Source of the DNA: Oscillospiraceae bacterium
GTDB lineage: Bacteria > Bacillota > Clostridia > Oscillospirales > Oscillospiraceae
Length of the DNA stretch: 62,816 bases
Reading direction: 5' to 3'
Assembly (NCBI GenBank): GCA_902802215.1
Contig: CADCLH010000001.1
Coordinates: 17,327 to 80,142, forward strand
Part shown: positions 37,789 through 45,555 of the stretch, piece by piece
Position numbering within the stretch: the first letter of the stretch is position 1
How the letters are laid out: each line of letters begins with the position of its first letter
The notes under the pieces: model-generated
Told to the model about the DNA's origin: nothing
What the model saw: the letters and a program-made list of their open reading frames with translations, nothing else
Database searches by the model: none
Made by a program: the position numbers and the translations under genes

Positions 37789-39684
37789 TCAGACGGGAAC
37801 GGGTTCCTCTTCACGGGAGATTGGGATCTCCGCGTACATGGAGTCCTGCGGCTCCTGAATGAGCGAGAGCATGCACGCGCGGACCTCCGGCGGTTCCGCT
37901 TCCAGAACGGAGCGGAGCCGTTCCATTTTCTCCTCGATCTGCTCGGGCGTGTACTGCACCTGATGGCCTATGTAGATCAGACTGTTGTCCGTCTTTTCCA
38001 GACCCTCGGATTTGAGAAGCAACTCCTCATACAGCTTTTCGCCCGGCCGGAGACCGGTATAGACGATCTTGATATCGACGTCCGGCTCGAACCCGGACAG
38101 GCGGATCATCTTGCGCGCCATGTCGTCGATGCGCACGGGAGCGCCCATATCCAGAACGAACACCTCGCCGCCCCTGGCATAGGCGCCCGCCTGAAGGATC
38201 AGAGAGACCGCTTCGGGAATGGTCATAAAGAAGCGCGTCACACGCTTGTCCGTCACGGTGACCGGACCGCCCTCGGCAATCTGCTTTTTGAACAGAGGGA
38301 TGACGCTGCCGTTGCTGCCCAGCACGTTGCCGAAGCGGACGGCGATATAGTTTGTCTCGCCGCGGCCGTTCATGGACTGGACGATCATCTCGCACAGGCG
38401 CTTGGACGCGCCCATGACGTTCGTCGGGTTGACGGCCTTGTCGGTGGAGATCAGAATAAAGAGCTCCGTGCCGAAGTCGCAGGCGGCTTTTGCAACCTTG
38501 TATGTGCCGAAGACGTTGTTCTTGATGGACTCCGCCGGGCTGTCCTCCATCAGCGGGACGTGCTTGTGCGCCGCCGCATGGCAGACCACAGCGGGCCGAT
38601 AGCGCTCGAAAATGCTGCGGACGCGCTGCTCGTCGCGTACCGAGCCGATCAGCACGAGCAGATCGAGCTCGGGGTGCGTGCGCCTGAGCTCCATCTGGAT
38701 GTCGTAGGCGTTGTTTTCATAGATGTCGAAGATGATGAGCTTCCCGGGACGAAGCGCCGCAAGCTGACGGCAGAGCTCGCTGCCGATCGAGCCGCCGCCT
38801 CCGGTGACAAGAACGGTTTTCCCCTCGACCTTCGGGGCCATGGCGGAATTGTCCGTGTTGACCTGCGTGCGTCCGAGAAGGTCTTCGATGCTGACGCTCC
38901 GAACCTGTTGGAGCGTGACCTCGCCGTTGGCGAGCTGGCTGAGCGTGGGCAGGGTCTTGATGATGACGCCGCTGCCGCTGCAAATCTCAAGGATCTCGTT
39001 GCGGACCGGGAGAGAGGCGGAGGGAATGCAGAAAATGACTTCCTCCACGTCGTATTTCCGGATGGCCTCCGGAATTGCTCCGCGTCCGCCGACGACCCGG
39101 ACGCCGCGGATGCGGGTACCCAGCTTGGCGGGATCGTCGTCGATGAGGCAGACGGCCTTGTTGCGGGAGGCGGGGTTCTCGTCAAATTCACGGATCGCCA
39201 TGGCGCCCGCCGTGCCCGCGCCGATGACCATGGTGCGCTTGCGGACGATGTGCCGGCTGCGGGCGTGGAGATCGTAGCTCGCGCGGCGGTAGAGAAAACG
39301 GGAAAACGAAACGCAGACGAACAGGATCAGCGCGTAGACGACCGGAAAGCTCCTGGGCAGCTTATATTTGAACACCGTCGCGAGCACATAATAGAAAACC
39401 GAGGAGGACGCGCAGGCGAATCCGATGTTCAGCAGCTCGCGCTCACCGGCGTACTCCCAGCGGCTGCTGTAGAGATTGAAGAAGCGGAAGACGAGCAGGG
39501 CGATCAGCGTGGCGGGCAGCGCGCAGAATCGCAGCGTGGCAAAGAAGCCGAGCGCCCGGGCGATGCCGGTCTCAAACTCCACACGCAGCAAGACCGCGGC
39601 CAGCGCCGAAAGATTGAGAAGAACGACATCTATCAGAATCAGAAGCAGGCTTTTCAGCCACTTCCTGTTTTTGTTGTTGTCCAT
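37789..39684 (-). CDS. capD: Polysaccharide biosynthesis protein CapD/WbpM-type (membrane NDP-sugar dehydratase/epimerase)
   Basis: Four N-terminal TM segments. Rossmann motifs MVIGAGTAG and VLVTGGGGSIGSEL. YGASK-like NVMGASKR. GGAGG SD before ATG 39684 (the ORF track extends to 39897). Confidence 0.85.
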   Translation of the reverse strand: MDNNKNRKWLKSLLLILIDVVLLNLSALAAVLLRVEFETGIARALGFFATLRFCALPATLIALLVFRFFNLYSSRWEYAGERELLNIGFACASSSVFYYVLATVFKYKLPRSFPVVYALILFVCVSFSRFLYRRASYDLHARSRHIVRKRTMVIGAGTAGAMAIREFDENPASRNKAVCLIDDDPAKLGTRIRGVRVVGGRGAIPEAIRKYDVEEVIFCIPSASLPVRNEILEICSGSGVIIKTLPTLSQLANGEVTLQQVRSVSIEDLLGRTQVNTDNSAMAPKVEGKTVLVTGGGGSIGSELCRQLAALRPGKLIIFDIYENNAYDIQMELRRTHPELDLLVLIGSVRDEQRVRSIFERYRPAVVCHAAAHKHVPLMEDSPAESIKNNVFGTYKVAKAACDFGTELFILISTDKAVNPTNVMGASKRLCEMIVQSMNGRGETNYIAVRFGNVLGSNGSVIPLFKKQIAEGGPVTVTDKRVTRFFMTIPEAVSLILQAGAYARGGEVFVLDMGAPVRIDDMARKMIRLSGFEPDVDIKIVYTGLRPGEKLYEELLLKSEGLEKTDNSLIYIGHQVQYTPEQIEEKMERLRSVLEAEPPEVRACMLSLIQEPQDSMYAEIPISREEEPVPV

Positions 39685-39891
39685 GGAGGCCTCCAGACGG
39701 AAAAACGCTGCATATCGTGCCGGAAAAGCGCAGGAAGCAGCCGGAATCGGAATACTGCATGCGCTCACAATCGATTTACAGTATATCAGAAGGAATGACA
39801 AAATGCAAGAAAGCCTTTCCGGGAGCCGCCCGGCAAAAAAGAATCGCTCTCCCGGCTCAGGAAAGGATTTGGCAAAACCTGAAAAAAGGGC

Positions 39892-39920
39892 TTGCATTTT
39901 ATCCTGCGGTGTGCTAATAT
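39892..39920 (+). promoter_or_regulatory. tRNA-Pro promoter
   Basis: TTGCAT (39892-39897), 17 nt spacer, TAATAT (39915-39920) with an extended -10 TG. Confidence 0.5.
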
Positions 39921-39937
39921 AATCGAGCGCAAGAGAT

Positions 39938-40013
39938 CCGGGTGTAGCGCAGTTGGTAGCGTGCTTGAATGGGGTTCAAGAGGCCGGAAGTTCGAATCTT
40001 CTCACTCGGACCA
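39938..40013 (+). tRNA. tRNA-Pro (anticodon GGG)
   Basis: Hand-folded cloverleaf: acceptor CCGGGTG/CACTCGG, D arm GCGC-AGTTGGTA-GCGT, anticodon stem CTTGA/TCAAG with loop A-T-GGG-G-T (U33, G37), T arm GGAAG-TTCGAAT-CTTCT, encoded CCA. Confidence 0.85.
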
Positions 40014-40015
40014 AA

Positions 40016-40049
40016 AATCCTCAATTTCGTAAGAAATTGGGGATTTTTT
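40016..40049 (+). terminator. Terminator after tRNA-Pro
   Basis: AATCCTCAATTTC GTAA GAAATTGGGGATT stem (one mismatch) followed by TTTTT. Confidence 0.65.
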
Positions 40050-40069
40050 CTGCCCATTTGTGCTCCCCG

Positions 40070-41224
40070 TTATGGCCTGACTGGAATCTGACTGGAATGC
40101 GGTTTTTTAGAGCAAAACGCCTGGTCGAACACATCCACCGCTTTTTGCTTGACCGGAGACTGCACATGCAGGTAGTGCTGCGTCATATCCAGGTCCGCAT
40201 GACCGACCATGCTCTGGATCGTCGCCAGGTCGACTCCCAGCGCCTGCATCTGGCTGACATAGGTGTGGCGGCAGGAATGAGGCGTCAGCTCGCGCACGCC
40301 CTCGACGGCGCGCACATACTCCTTGAATTTGTCCCGGTAGTGCTTGGGGTCGAAGGGCTGCTCTCTGTTCGGAGACTGGAAGATGTACTTGTCCTCGGTG
40401 TTGCGAAGCCTGACAACCATGCTGCGAAGCCCCTGGGGGACCGGCACGTCCCGCCTGCTGTCTCTGGATTTCGGTTCCCCGATCTCAACACGCCCGCCCA
40501 CAGTTTTTACCGCCTGACGGATATGGATCACAGAACCGTCCGGTTCGATCAGTCTCGGCTCCAGTGCCAGAAGCTCCTGCATACGGATACCCGTGCCGAG
40601 CATCAGACGGATGCTGTCGCCAAGCTTGTCATGCGGAAGCTCCTGCATTAACAGCGTGACTTCCTCGGCGGTGAACGCTTCCTTTGCACCCATCGGCTTG
40701 CTGGCGCGCATCTTCTCAGCACAGGCAACGGGATTGCGGTTAATGAGCTCGTTTGCCTCAGCCTTTTTCATGATCTGGAACAGCATCCCGCGCGCTTTGG
40801 CAACATAGCTGTCGGACTTGCCCTCTTTTCGGAAAGCCCGAAGCACATCCTCAATATCCATAGCCTTAATGGTGTTGAGCGGCTTGTCTCCCAACTGCTC
40901 CTTCAGCTTGACAAGCGTATATTTGTAGCTGTGCTGCGTTGATCTGGATATGTTGTCCTTGTGGCCCTCGAACCATGTATCAGCCCATTCGGAAAACAGG
41001 ATCGTCGGCTGAATACTCGGCTTGTCATCCACGGAGATAAGCCCGTCTGCCAGTTTTTGCTTGAAGTCTCGCATCTTCTCCAGCGCTTCCCTTCGGGTTC
41101 TGCCGTAAAAGGATTTGCGTCTCCTGCGTCCATCCTTCTGAAACCCGATCATGACCGTGCATTCCCAGCGGCCATCTTTTCTTTTGGTTATATTTCCTTC
41201 GCCGTGACAGCGTTTCTTTGACAA
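40070..41224 (-). CDS. int: Tyrosine-type site-specific integrase
   Basis: N-terminal arm-binding type GEGNITKRKDGRWECTV. SAM-like core-binding domain. Catalytic region ...RRDVPVP..., HSCRHTYVSQM, VGHADLDMTQHYLHV (R..HxxR..H..Y). Confidence 0.9.
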   Translation of the reverse strand: MSKKRCHGEGNITKRKDGRWECTVMIGFQKDGRRRRKSFYGRTRREALEKMRDFKQKLADGLISVDDKPSIQPTILFSEWADTWFEGHKDNISRSTQHSYKYTLVKLKEQLGDKPLNTIKAMDIEDVLRAFRKEGKSDSYVAKARGMLFQIMKKAEANELINRNPVACAEKMRASKPMGAKEAFTAEEVTLLMQELPHDKLGDSIRLMLGTGIRMQELLALEPRLIEPDGSVIHIRQAVKTVGGRVEIGEPKSRDSRRDVPVPQGLRSMVVRLRNTEDKYIFQSPNREQPFDPKHYRDKFKEYVRAVEGVRELTPHSCRHTYVSQMQALGVDLATIQSMVGHADLDMTQHYLHVQSPVKQKAVDVFDQAFCSKKPHSSQIPVRP

Positions 41225-41302
41225 TTTAACTCCTTTCCTCAGACATTGTGTTTTTCCTGAGTCTATTGTTTACATAACTTTCTTGATTTTTCAAGTGCTT
41301 TT

Positions 41303-41337
41303 TTGAAAAAATTCCAGTCGGGCAAAAACCCGGCTGG
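41303..41337 (-). terminator. Terminator-like hairpin between xis and int
   Basis: On the minus strand, CCAGCCGGG TTTTTG CCCGACTGG (one mismatch) followed by AATTTTTT. Confidence 0.5.
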
Positions 41338-41346
41338 ATTTCTTTC

Positions 41347-41544
41347 TTATTCGAGCTGATCGTCCATCCATTGCAGCAGCTTTTCCTTGGGGACAACAAG
41401 CCGGCGTCCGATGTGAATGGTCGGGAATCCCTCGCTGTGCATCAGGGTATAGGCTGAATTTCTCGCAACTCCGAGGATTTCAGCGACCTGGTTGGCGTTC
41501 AGGCTAAAGGGCATCTTTTCAATATCAGCTTTCGTCAATGGCAT
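41347..41544 (-). CDS. xis: Excisionase / MerR-type HTH DNA-binding protein
   Basis: 65 aa. LNANQVAEILGVARNSAYTLMHSEGFPTIHIGRRLVVPKEKLLQWM is typical of the HTH_17 excisionase family. Confidence 0.8.
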   Translation of the reverse strand: MPLTKADIEKMPFSLNANQVAEILGVARNSAYTLMHSEGFPTIHIGRRLVVPKEKLLQWMDDQLE

Positions 41545-42514
41545 TCTCCTTTCCGGTTATGGATTTGCCGGAGTAGCGGAACACGATCTCCGGCGGGATT
41601 TTCTGGAGCGTGCGCTCCAGCTCTATATAATCGGATTTGAGCCGGGCTTCCGCCATGCGGCGCTGCATTTCGCCGCTGTCAGCCTCCTTCAGATTTTGCT
41701 TCAAATCCGCGTTTTCTGCTTTCAGGCTGCGGATCGCCTGATCGTACTGCTTCGTCTTTGTGAGAAATCTGCCCATCTCCGGGAAGAATTTACGAAGCAG
41801 ACGATCCAGCTCCGCAGCGTTCCTTCTGGCGTTCAGAGCGTTCGTATCGGAGAGAAGTTCGAGGATCGCTTTCGCCTGCTTGTTCAGATTCGCCGCCTGC
41901 TTGAAAACGCGCGGCGGGATATGCTCGCGCCCGGTCTTGCTGGCGCTCTCCCCGCGCTCCAGCTCCGGGTATTTGCTGACCATGTGCTGCCAATAGCGAT
42001 CCTGCCACGCAGTCAGACTTTTCCGATTGCCGACAATGTCCTTTGCCGAGAGCCGTCCGTCCTTTGTGATCGGGACGAAAGAGACGTGCATGTGCGGCGT
42101 CTTTTCGTCCATGTGGACCACGGCGGAGATCAACCGATCCTCGCCCAGTTCGTCTTTCAGAAAATCAACCGCATGCTGGAAGAAAGCGCGAATCTCCTTT
42201 TCACTCTTACCCTCGAAAAATTCCGGGCTTGCGGTGATCAAGGTCTCCACGATACGCACACTGTCGCTGCGCACCCTGGGGCAGTTGTACCGCTTGATCA
42301 GCGCCTCCGACATTTTTCGGTATTTGTCTGTCGGCTCAATAATATGAAAATTGTACTTGCTGCGGCTCAGGTCAATGTCGGGATTGCTGGCGTATTTCTC
42401 TTTCGTCCGCTCGTTGTGGGCTTCAATTCTGCCAATCTCCGGCCCCTTGTATTTCGCAAAGCGCAGAATGGCATATTGGGCGTTATCCGTCAGCGGCCAC
42501 CTCTTTTCTGCCAC
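41525..42514 (-). CDS. mob: MobV-family (Mob/Pre) relaxase
   Basis: YAILRFAKYKGPEIGRIEAHNERTKE...NPDIDLSRSKYN, HMHVSFVPIT (HxDE/HxH-type metal motif), C-terminal coiled coil. Confidence 0.85.
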   Translation of the reverse strand: MAEKRWPLTDNAQYAILRFAKYKGPEIGRIEAHNERTKEKYASNPDIDLSRSKYNFHIIEPTDKYRKMSEALIKRYNCPRVRSDSVRIVETLITASPEFFEGKSEKEIRAFFQHAVDFLKDELGEDRLISAVVHMDEKTPHMHVSFVPITKDGRLSAKDIVGNRKSLTAWQDRYWQHMVSKYPELERGESASKTGREHIPPRVFKQAANLNKQAKAILELLSDTNALNARRNAAELDRLLRKFFPEMGRFLTKTKQYDQAIRSLKAENADLKQNLKEADSGEMQRRMAEARLKSDYIELERTLQKIPPEIVFRYSGKSITGKENAIDES

Positions 42515-42708
42515 ACAATGTCATAGCCCAGCACATCGGCAAGCTCCACCACCTCGCGGTAGCGGAGGGATTCACGCCGGAGCTTGTTGGAAAAGTTGGA
42601 GACCGAATCGCTCCAGCCGTAGTCGTCGCAGAGGCGGTCGCATACCTCCTGCATGGTAAAACCGGCGCGGATGATCTGCGCCTTGATCTCATTTTTCGTA
42701 GTGTTCAT
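42490..42708 (-). CDS. Small DNA-binding protein, probable relaxosome accessory/regulator
   Basis: 72 aa. AAGGAG SD. The helix-turn-helix-like GFTMQEVCDRLCDDYGW...LRYREVVELADVLG overlaps the relaxase start. Confidence 0.5.
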   Translation of the reverse strand: MNTTKNEIKAQIIRAGFTMQEVCDRLCDDYGWSDSVSNFSNKLRRESLRYREVVELADVLGYDIVWQKRGGR

Positions 42709-42914
42709 AAAAAACTCCTTTCTCAGATGATTGCATGGAAAAAGCCCGATGGAGACCCTGCTAAGCCTCCGTCGGACTTTCCTGTTTCGTGGGCTTTTTC
42801 CTCATTTGGTGAAAAAGCCCACCTGTTCGTTTATTCTGTTCAACGTCTGGAACAGCGCCGGATGATGAAGTATCCGCACGATTTCGGATGCAAGTGTGCG
42901 GAAACGTGAATGAC

Positions 42915-43283
42915 TCACAGCCCGTTGATGAAATCCATAGCTGTGTCCAGATCCTGCTCAATCGCCGCCTGATCCGGCGCGGGCGCTGCAAGCTGGGTGT
43001 TCTGGAACAGAACGGCGAGGCTGTTCAGGGAATTGGCCTGAACGCCGCGCTCCACCGTGTCGAGGACCTTTTGCAGAAAAGCGTCCTCCTTCTCCCGCGT
43101 CTCGAGATACGGATCGTCGGCAAGTCGCTTCTCCCGGTCAAAGTAACCGTTGATCGCCGCGATGATCGCGTCGCTGTACGAGCGGTATTTGGACTTGTCC
43201 CGGGCGACCAGATAGCCCCACGCCCTGCGGCCCTCCGGCCTGCTGAGATTGATCCGCAGCGTGGTCTTGAACAGATTGCTCAT
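42915..43283 (-). CDS. parR: ParR-like (ribbon-helix-helix) partition adaptor
   Basis: 122 aa, translationally coupled to the upstream ParM gene. N-terminal beta-strand/helix pattern KTTLRINLSRPEGRRAWGYL. Confidence 0.5.
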   Translation of the reverse strand: MSNLFKTTLRINLSRPEGRRAWGYLVARDKSKYRSYSDAIIAAINGYFDREKRLADDPYLETREKEDAFLQKVLDTVERGVQANSLNSLAVLFQNTQLAAPAPDQAAIEQDLDTAMDFINGL

Positions 43284-44200
43284 GCACGCTCTTCCAGCTT
43301 CCTCTGCGCCAGCAGCTCATAACCCTTGGCTGTGGCACAGATATCGTCGTTGATCGTGACCCGATTGGGATCGTAATCCGCAAAGTTCCGGATCAGGCAG
43401 CCCCCACCGCCGACCACATAGAGCCGCATCAGCTCCGGGGTATACTCATGCTCCCGCAGGCGGCGCATGATCCCGGCGGCATAGCCTTTTGCCACTTCCC
43501 GGATCGTGTCCAAGTACTGACTCCCGATGTCGGCGTTTCCGAAGCGGAGGACTTCTTCGATTACGGCATCGTCTACCGCGACGCCGTATTTCTGCATCAG
43601 TTTCTCACGGGCGGCAAGCATACACTGGTGGGTGCCGTATTTTTCCGTAAAGCACTTGCTGACGACCGGCCTGCCGTTATTGATGTACATGATGTTCATC
43701 GTTCCGTTGCCGATGTCGCAGAGCATGTTCACGCCGCGAAACTCCCTCAGCCGATCCGCCACGGCGGAAAAGCCCTGCGGGAACACATCGGCTCCGGCAA
43801 ACTCCACATGGCAGCTCTCGCCGCGGAAGGTGAAGTCTGCCTCTTTGTTCTGGAGCAGATAGCTCCTGAACGCCTCCTTTTGTTCGCTGACCCAGGTGAG
43901 GGGCAGCCCCGCCGCAAGATGGACGCGGGCACTTGCCAGACCACGCAAGTGCAGCTCGATCCCGATGGCCGCGAGCGTCAGGATGTAATAATCCTGATCG
44001 TGCATCTTCGCGGCGGCAAACTCCTTGTGCTCGTCCCCGATGATGTAATACCGTCCATCGTAGGTGAGCATATTGCGCGTGAAGGTCGGTTCTTTGTCGT
44101 AGGCTGTCACGCCGGACTTGAAAATGGCGTGGGCTGTTTTGATGTTGCCGTAACCATGGTCGATGCCGATGATTACGGGCTTGGTGGTGTTGAGATTCAT
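43280..44200 (-). CDS. parM: ParM/StbA-family actin-like segregation ATPase
   Basis: IIGIDHGYGNIKTA (phosphate-1), LAAGLPL, MLCDIGNGTMNI (phosphate-2), YVVGGGG (adenosine). AGGAGA SD before ATG 44200. Confidence 0.8.
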   Translation of the reverse strand: MNLNTTKPVIIGIDHGYGNIKTAHAIFKSGVTAYDKEPTFTRNMLTYDGRYYIIGDEHKEFAAAKMHDQDYYILTLAAIGIELHLRGLASARVHLAAGLPLTWVSEQKEAFRSYLLQNKEADFTFRGESCHVEFAGADVFPQGFSAVADRLREFRGVNMLCDIGNGTMNIMYINNGRPVVSKCFTEKYGTHQCMLAAREKLMQKYGVAVDDAVIEEVLRFGNADIGSQYLDTIREVAKGYAAGIMRRLREHEYTPELMRLYVVGGGGCLIRNFADYDPNRVTINDDICATAKGYELLAQRKLEERA

Positions 44201-44373
44201 TTTTGCATTCTCCTTTCTTTGATCGCGTGGATTCACAGCAAAGCCGCCGGACGCGCGATTCAATCGCACATCCGGCGGCAGCGTCTTTTAACCTCCGCGT
44301 TATGATCTTTGAGGTTTTTCCCCTCCACTATAGTATACGGTAAAAATCTCAACAAAGGCCGATTTTTGCCACT

Positions 44374-44422
44374 TTTGCATTTGAAACTGCAAATCGGCCA
44401 TCATAAATGCAAAAGTGCATTT
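44374..44422. promoter_or_regulatory. TTTGCA/TGCAAA inverted-repeat cluster upstream of parM (parC-like / operator)
   Basis: TTTGCA-N8-TGCAAA (44374-44393) and AAATGCA-AAAG-TGCATTT (44405-44422). A further TTTTGCA at 44201. Confidence 0.45.
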
Positions 44423-44475
44423 GCGAGGACAAAAGAAAAAAGACCCGAAACCATGTGCATAGACACGGTTCCAGG

Positions 44476-44688
44476 TCAGGTCGGTTCTTCATCGGGGAGA
44501 TAGCGCACAATGTCCGCAAGGTCACATTGCAGAATCTTGCACAGAGCATCCAGCGTGTTTGTCGAGACGGAATCTCCGGCTTTGAGCCTTCGAATCGTGG
44601 AGCTGCTGATCTGCCCCTTGACCTGCAAGGTGTATGTGGTCGCCCCGCGCTCTTTCATCGTCTGCCACAGCGGATCATAGGAGATCAT
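44476..44688 (-). CDS. XRE-family HTH regulator (70 aa)
   Basis: WQTMKERGATTYTLQVKGQISSSTIRRLKAGDSVSTNTLDALCKILQC is a Cro/C1-type HTH. Confidence 0.8.
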   Translation of the reverse strand: MISYDPLWQTMKERGATTYTLQVKGQISSSTIRRLKAGDSVSTNTLDALCKILQCDLADIVRYLPDEEPT

Positions 44689-44726
44689 ACAGCGCCCTCC
44701 CTTCTCTCAGCACTTGCTTTATCATC

Positions 44727-44767
44727 ATTATTGCCTGTAATGGTGATAAAGTGTTATAGGCAATAAT
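44727..44767. promoter_or_regulatory. Operator-like inverted repeat in divergent promoter region
   Basis: ATTATTGCCT (44727-44736) and AGGCAATAAT (44758-44767), perfect 10-bp arms. Confidence 0.5.
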
Positions 44768-44793
44768 GCCCATACAGGTTAGGAGGGCTTTCA

Positions 44794-45201
44794 ATGGAAA
44801 CAAGTGGTTCCGTCTGCTTTATTCGACATCCGCGAACTATCGGCGATCTGATGATCCCGCATCTGCTCGAACGAGAGCGGCAGTATGAAATTGTCAAGAC
44901 CATTATGCTCGGAAAGATAGACTACGAAAATTTTATCACGGACATGCTTGCGGATCGGCAGTTTATCGAGGATAATGCCGCACTGTGTTCGCGGGGAGAA
45001 ATATGGAAATGCCTCCTGATCCGGCAGCGCGGTCAGACCGGCGGCGTGCTGGTAATGCCCGAGGGTACTTGCTTTGTCGGCTGGGCAGGCTTGGCAGACA
45101 GGATCGAGTTTGCCTTGGACGAGGCAGACCGCGCGGCGGATTCTTCCAATGTCCGCTATTCCGCAGAGGAAGTATTTGACCGCTTAAAGAAACAAAAATA
45201 A
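44794..45201 (+). CDS. Hypothetical protein (135 aa)
   Basis: AGGAGGG SD 6 nt before the ATG. No motif I can assign. Followed by hairpin AGAGACCCGAAA...TTTCGGGTCTCT (45204-45253). Confidence 0.6.
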   Translation: METSGSVCFIRHPRTIGDLMIPHLLERERQYEIVKTIMLGKIDYENFITDMLADRQFIEDNAALCSRGEIWKCLLIRQRGQTGGVLVMPEGTCFVGWAGLADRIEFALDEADRAADSSNVRYSAEEVFDRLKKQK

Positions 45202-45262
45202 GAAGAGACCCGAAAACATCCCGTCTTATTGACAAGCTGCTTTCGGGTCTCTTTCCGCAGTC

Positions 45263-45439
45263 TCAGTACACCCTTCCATCGGCGGCGATGATCGTCAGAA
45301 TACCCCGCCGCAGGATGTACTCGTTTTCCGCCTCGTCGAGGAAGCACTGATACACATGTGTCGGCTCCAGCTCCCAGTGCCGAACCAGCGTCCCCACGAT
45401 GCGAAAGCCCATGCTCTCCGCCTGCATTTGAATTCCCAT
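45263..45439 (-). CDS. Small hypothetical protein (58 aa), divergent from the WYL regulator gene
   Basis: Below the ORF-track cutoff. Read by hand as MGIQMQAESMGFRIVGTLVRHWELEPTHVYQCFLDEAENEYILRRGILTIIAADGRVY. GAAAGGGG SD 8 nt upstream. Confidence 0.4.
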   Translation of the reverse strand: MGIQMQAESMGFRIVGTLVRHWELEPTHVYQCFLDEAENEYILRRGILTIIAADGRVY

Positions 45440-45501
45440 ATCTCATACCCCTTTCAAATAATAGTCTCAACAAACACTGTACCAAATCTTTCCCGCGATT
45501 C

Positions 45502-45530
45502 TTGCTGGCTGCCGCTTCTTTTGCTATACT
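45502..45530 (+). promoter_or_regulatory. Promoter of WYL regulator gene
   Basis: TTGCTG (45502-45507), 17 nt spacer, TATACT (45525-45530). Confidence 0.5.
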
Positions 45531-45555
45531 GACCCCAGAAAGCGAGGGATGCCCC

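Noticed and set aside
35128-39798. Long ORFs 35128-37089 (-) and 37756-39798 (+) opposite the flavoenzyme and capD genes; also 9885-11789 (+), 26214-27278 (+) and 32625-33707 (+)
   Set aside because: These are shadow ORFs with repetitive Gly/Asp/Ala/Val/Arg composition. The opposite strands encode proteins with clear catalytic motifs.
40077-40098. Tandem 11-mer CTGACTGGAAT x2 at the integrase 3' end, considered as an att core
   Set aside because: It lies inside the integrase coding sequence (C-terminal SQIPVRP). I found no second copy at a plausible right end, so there is not enough support.
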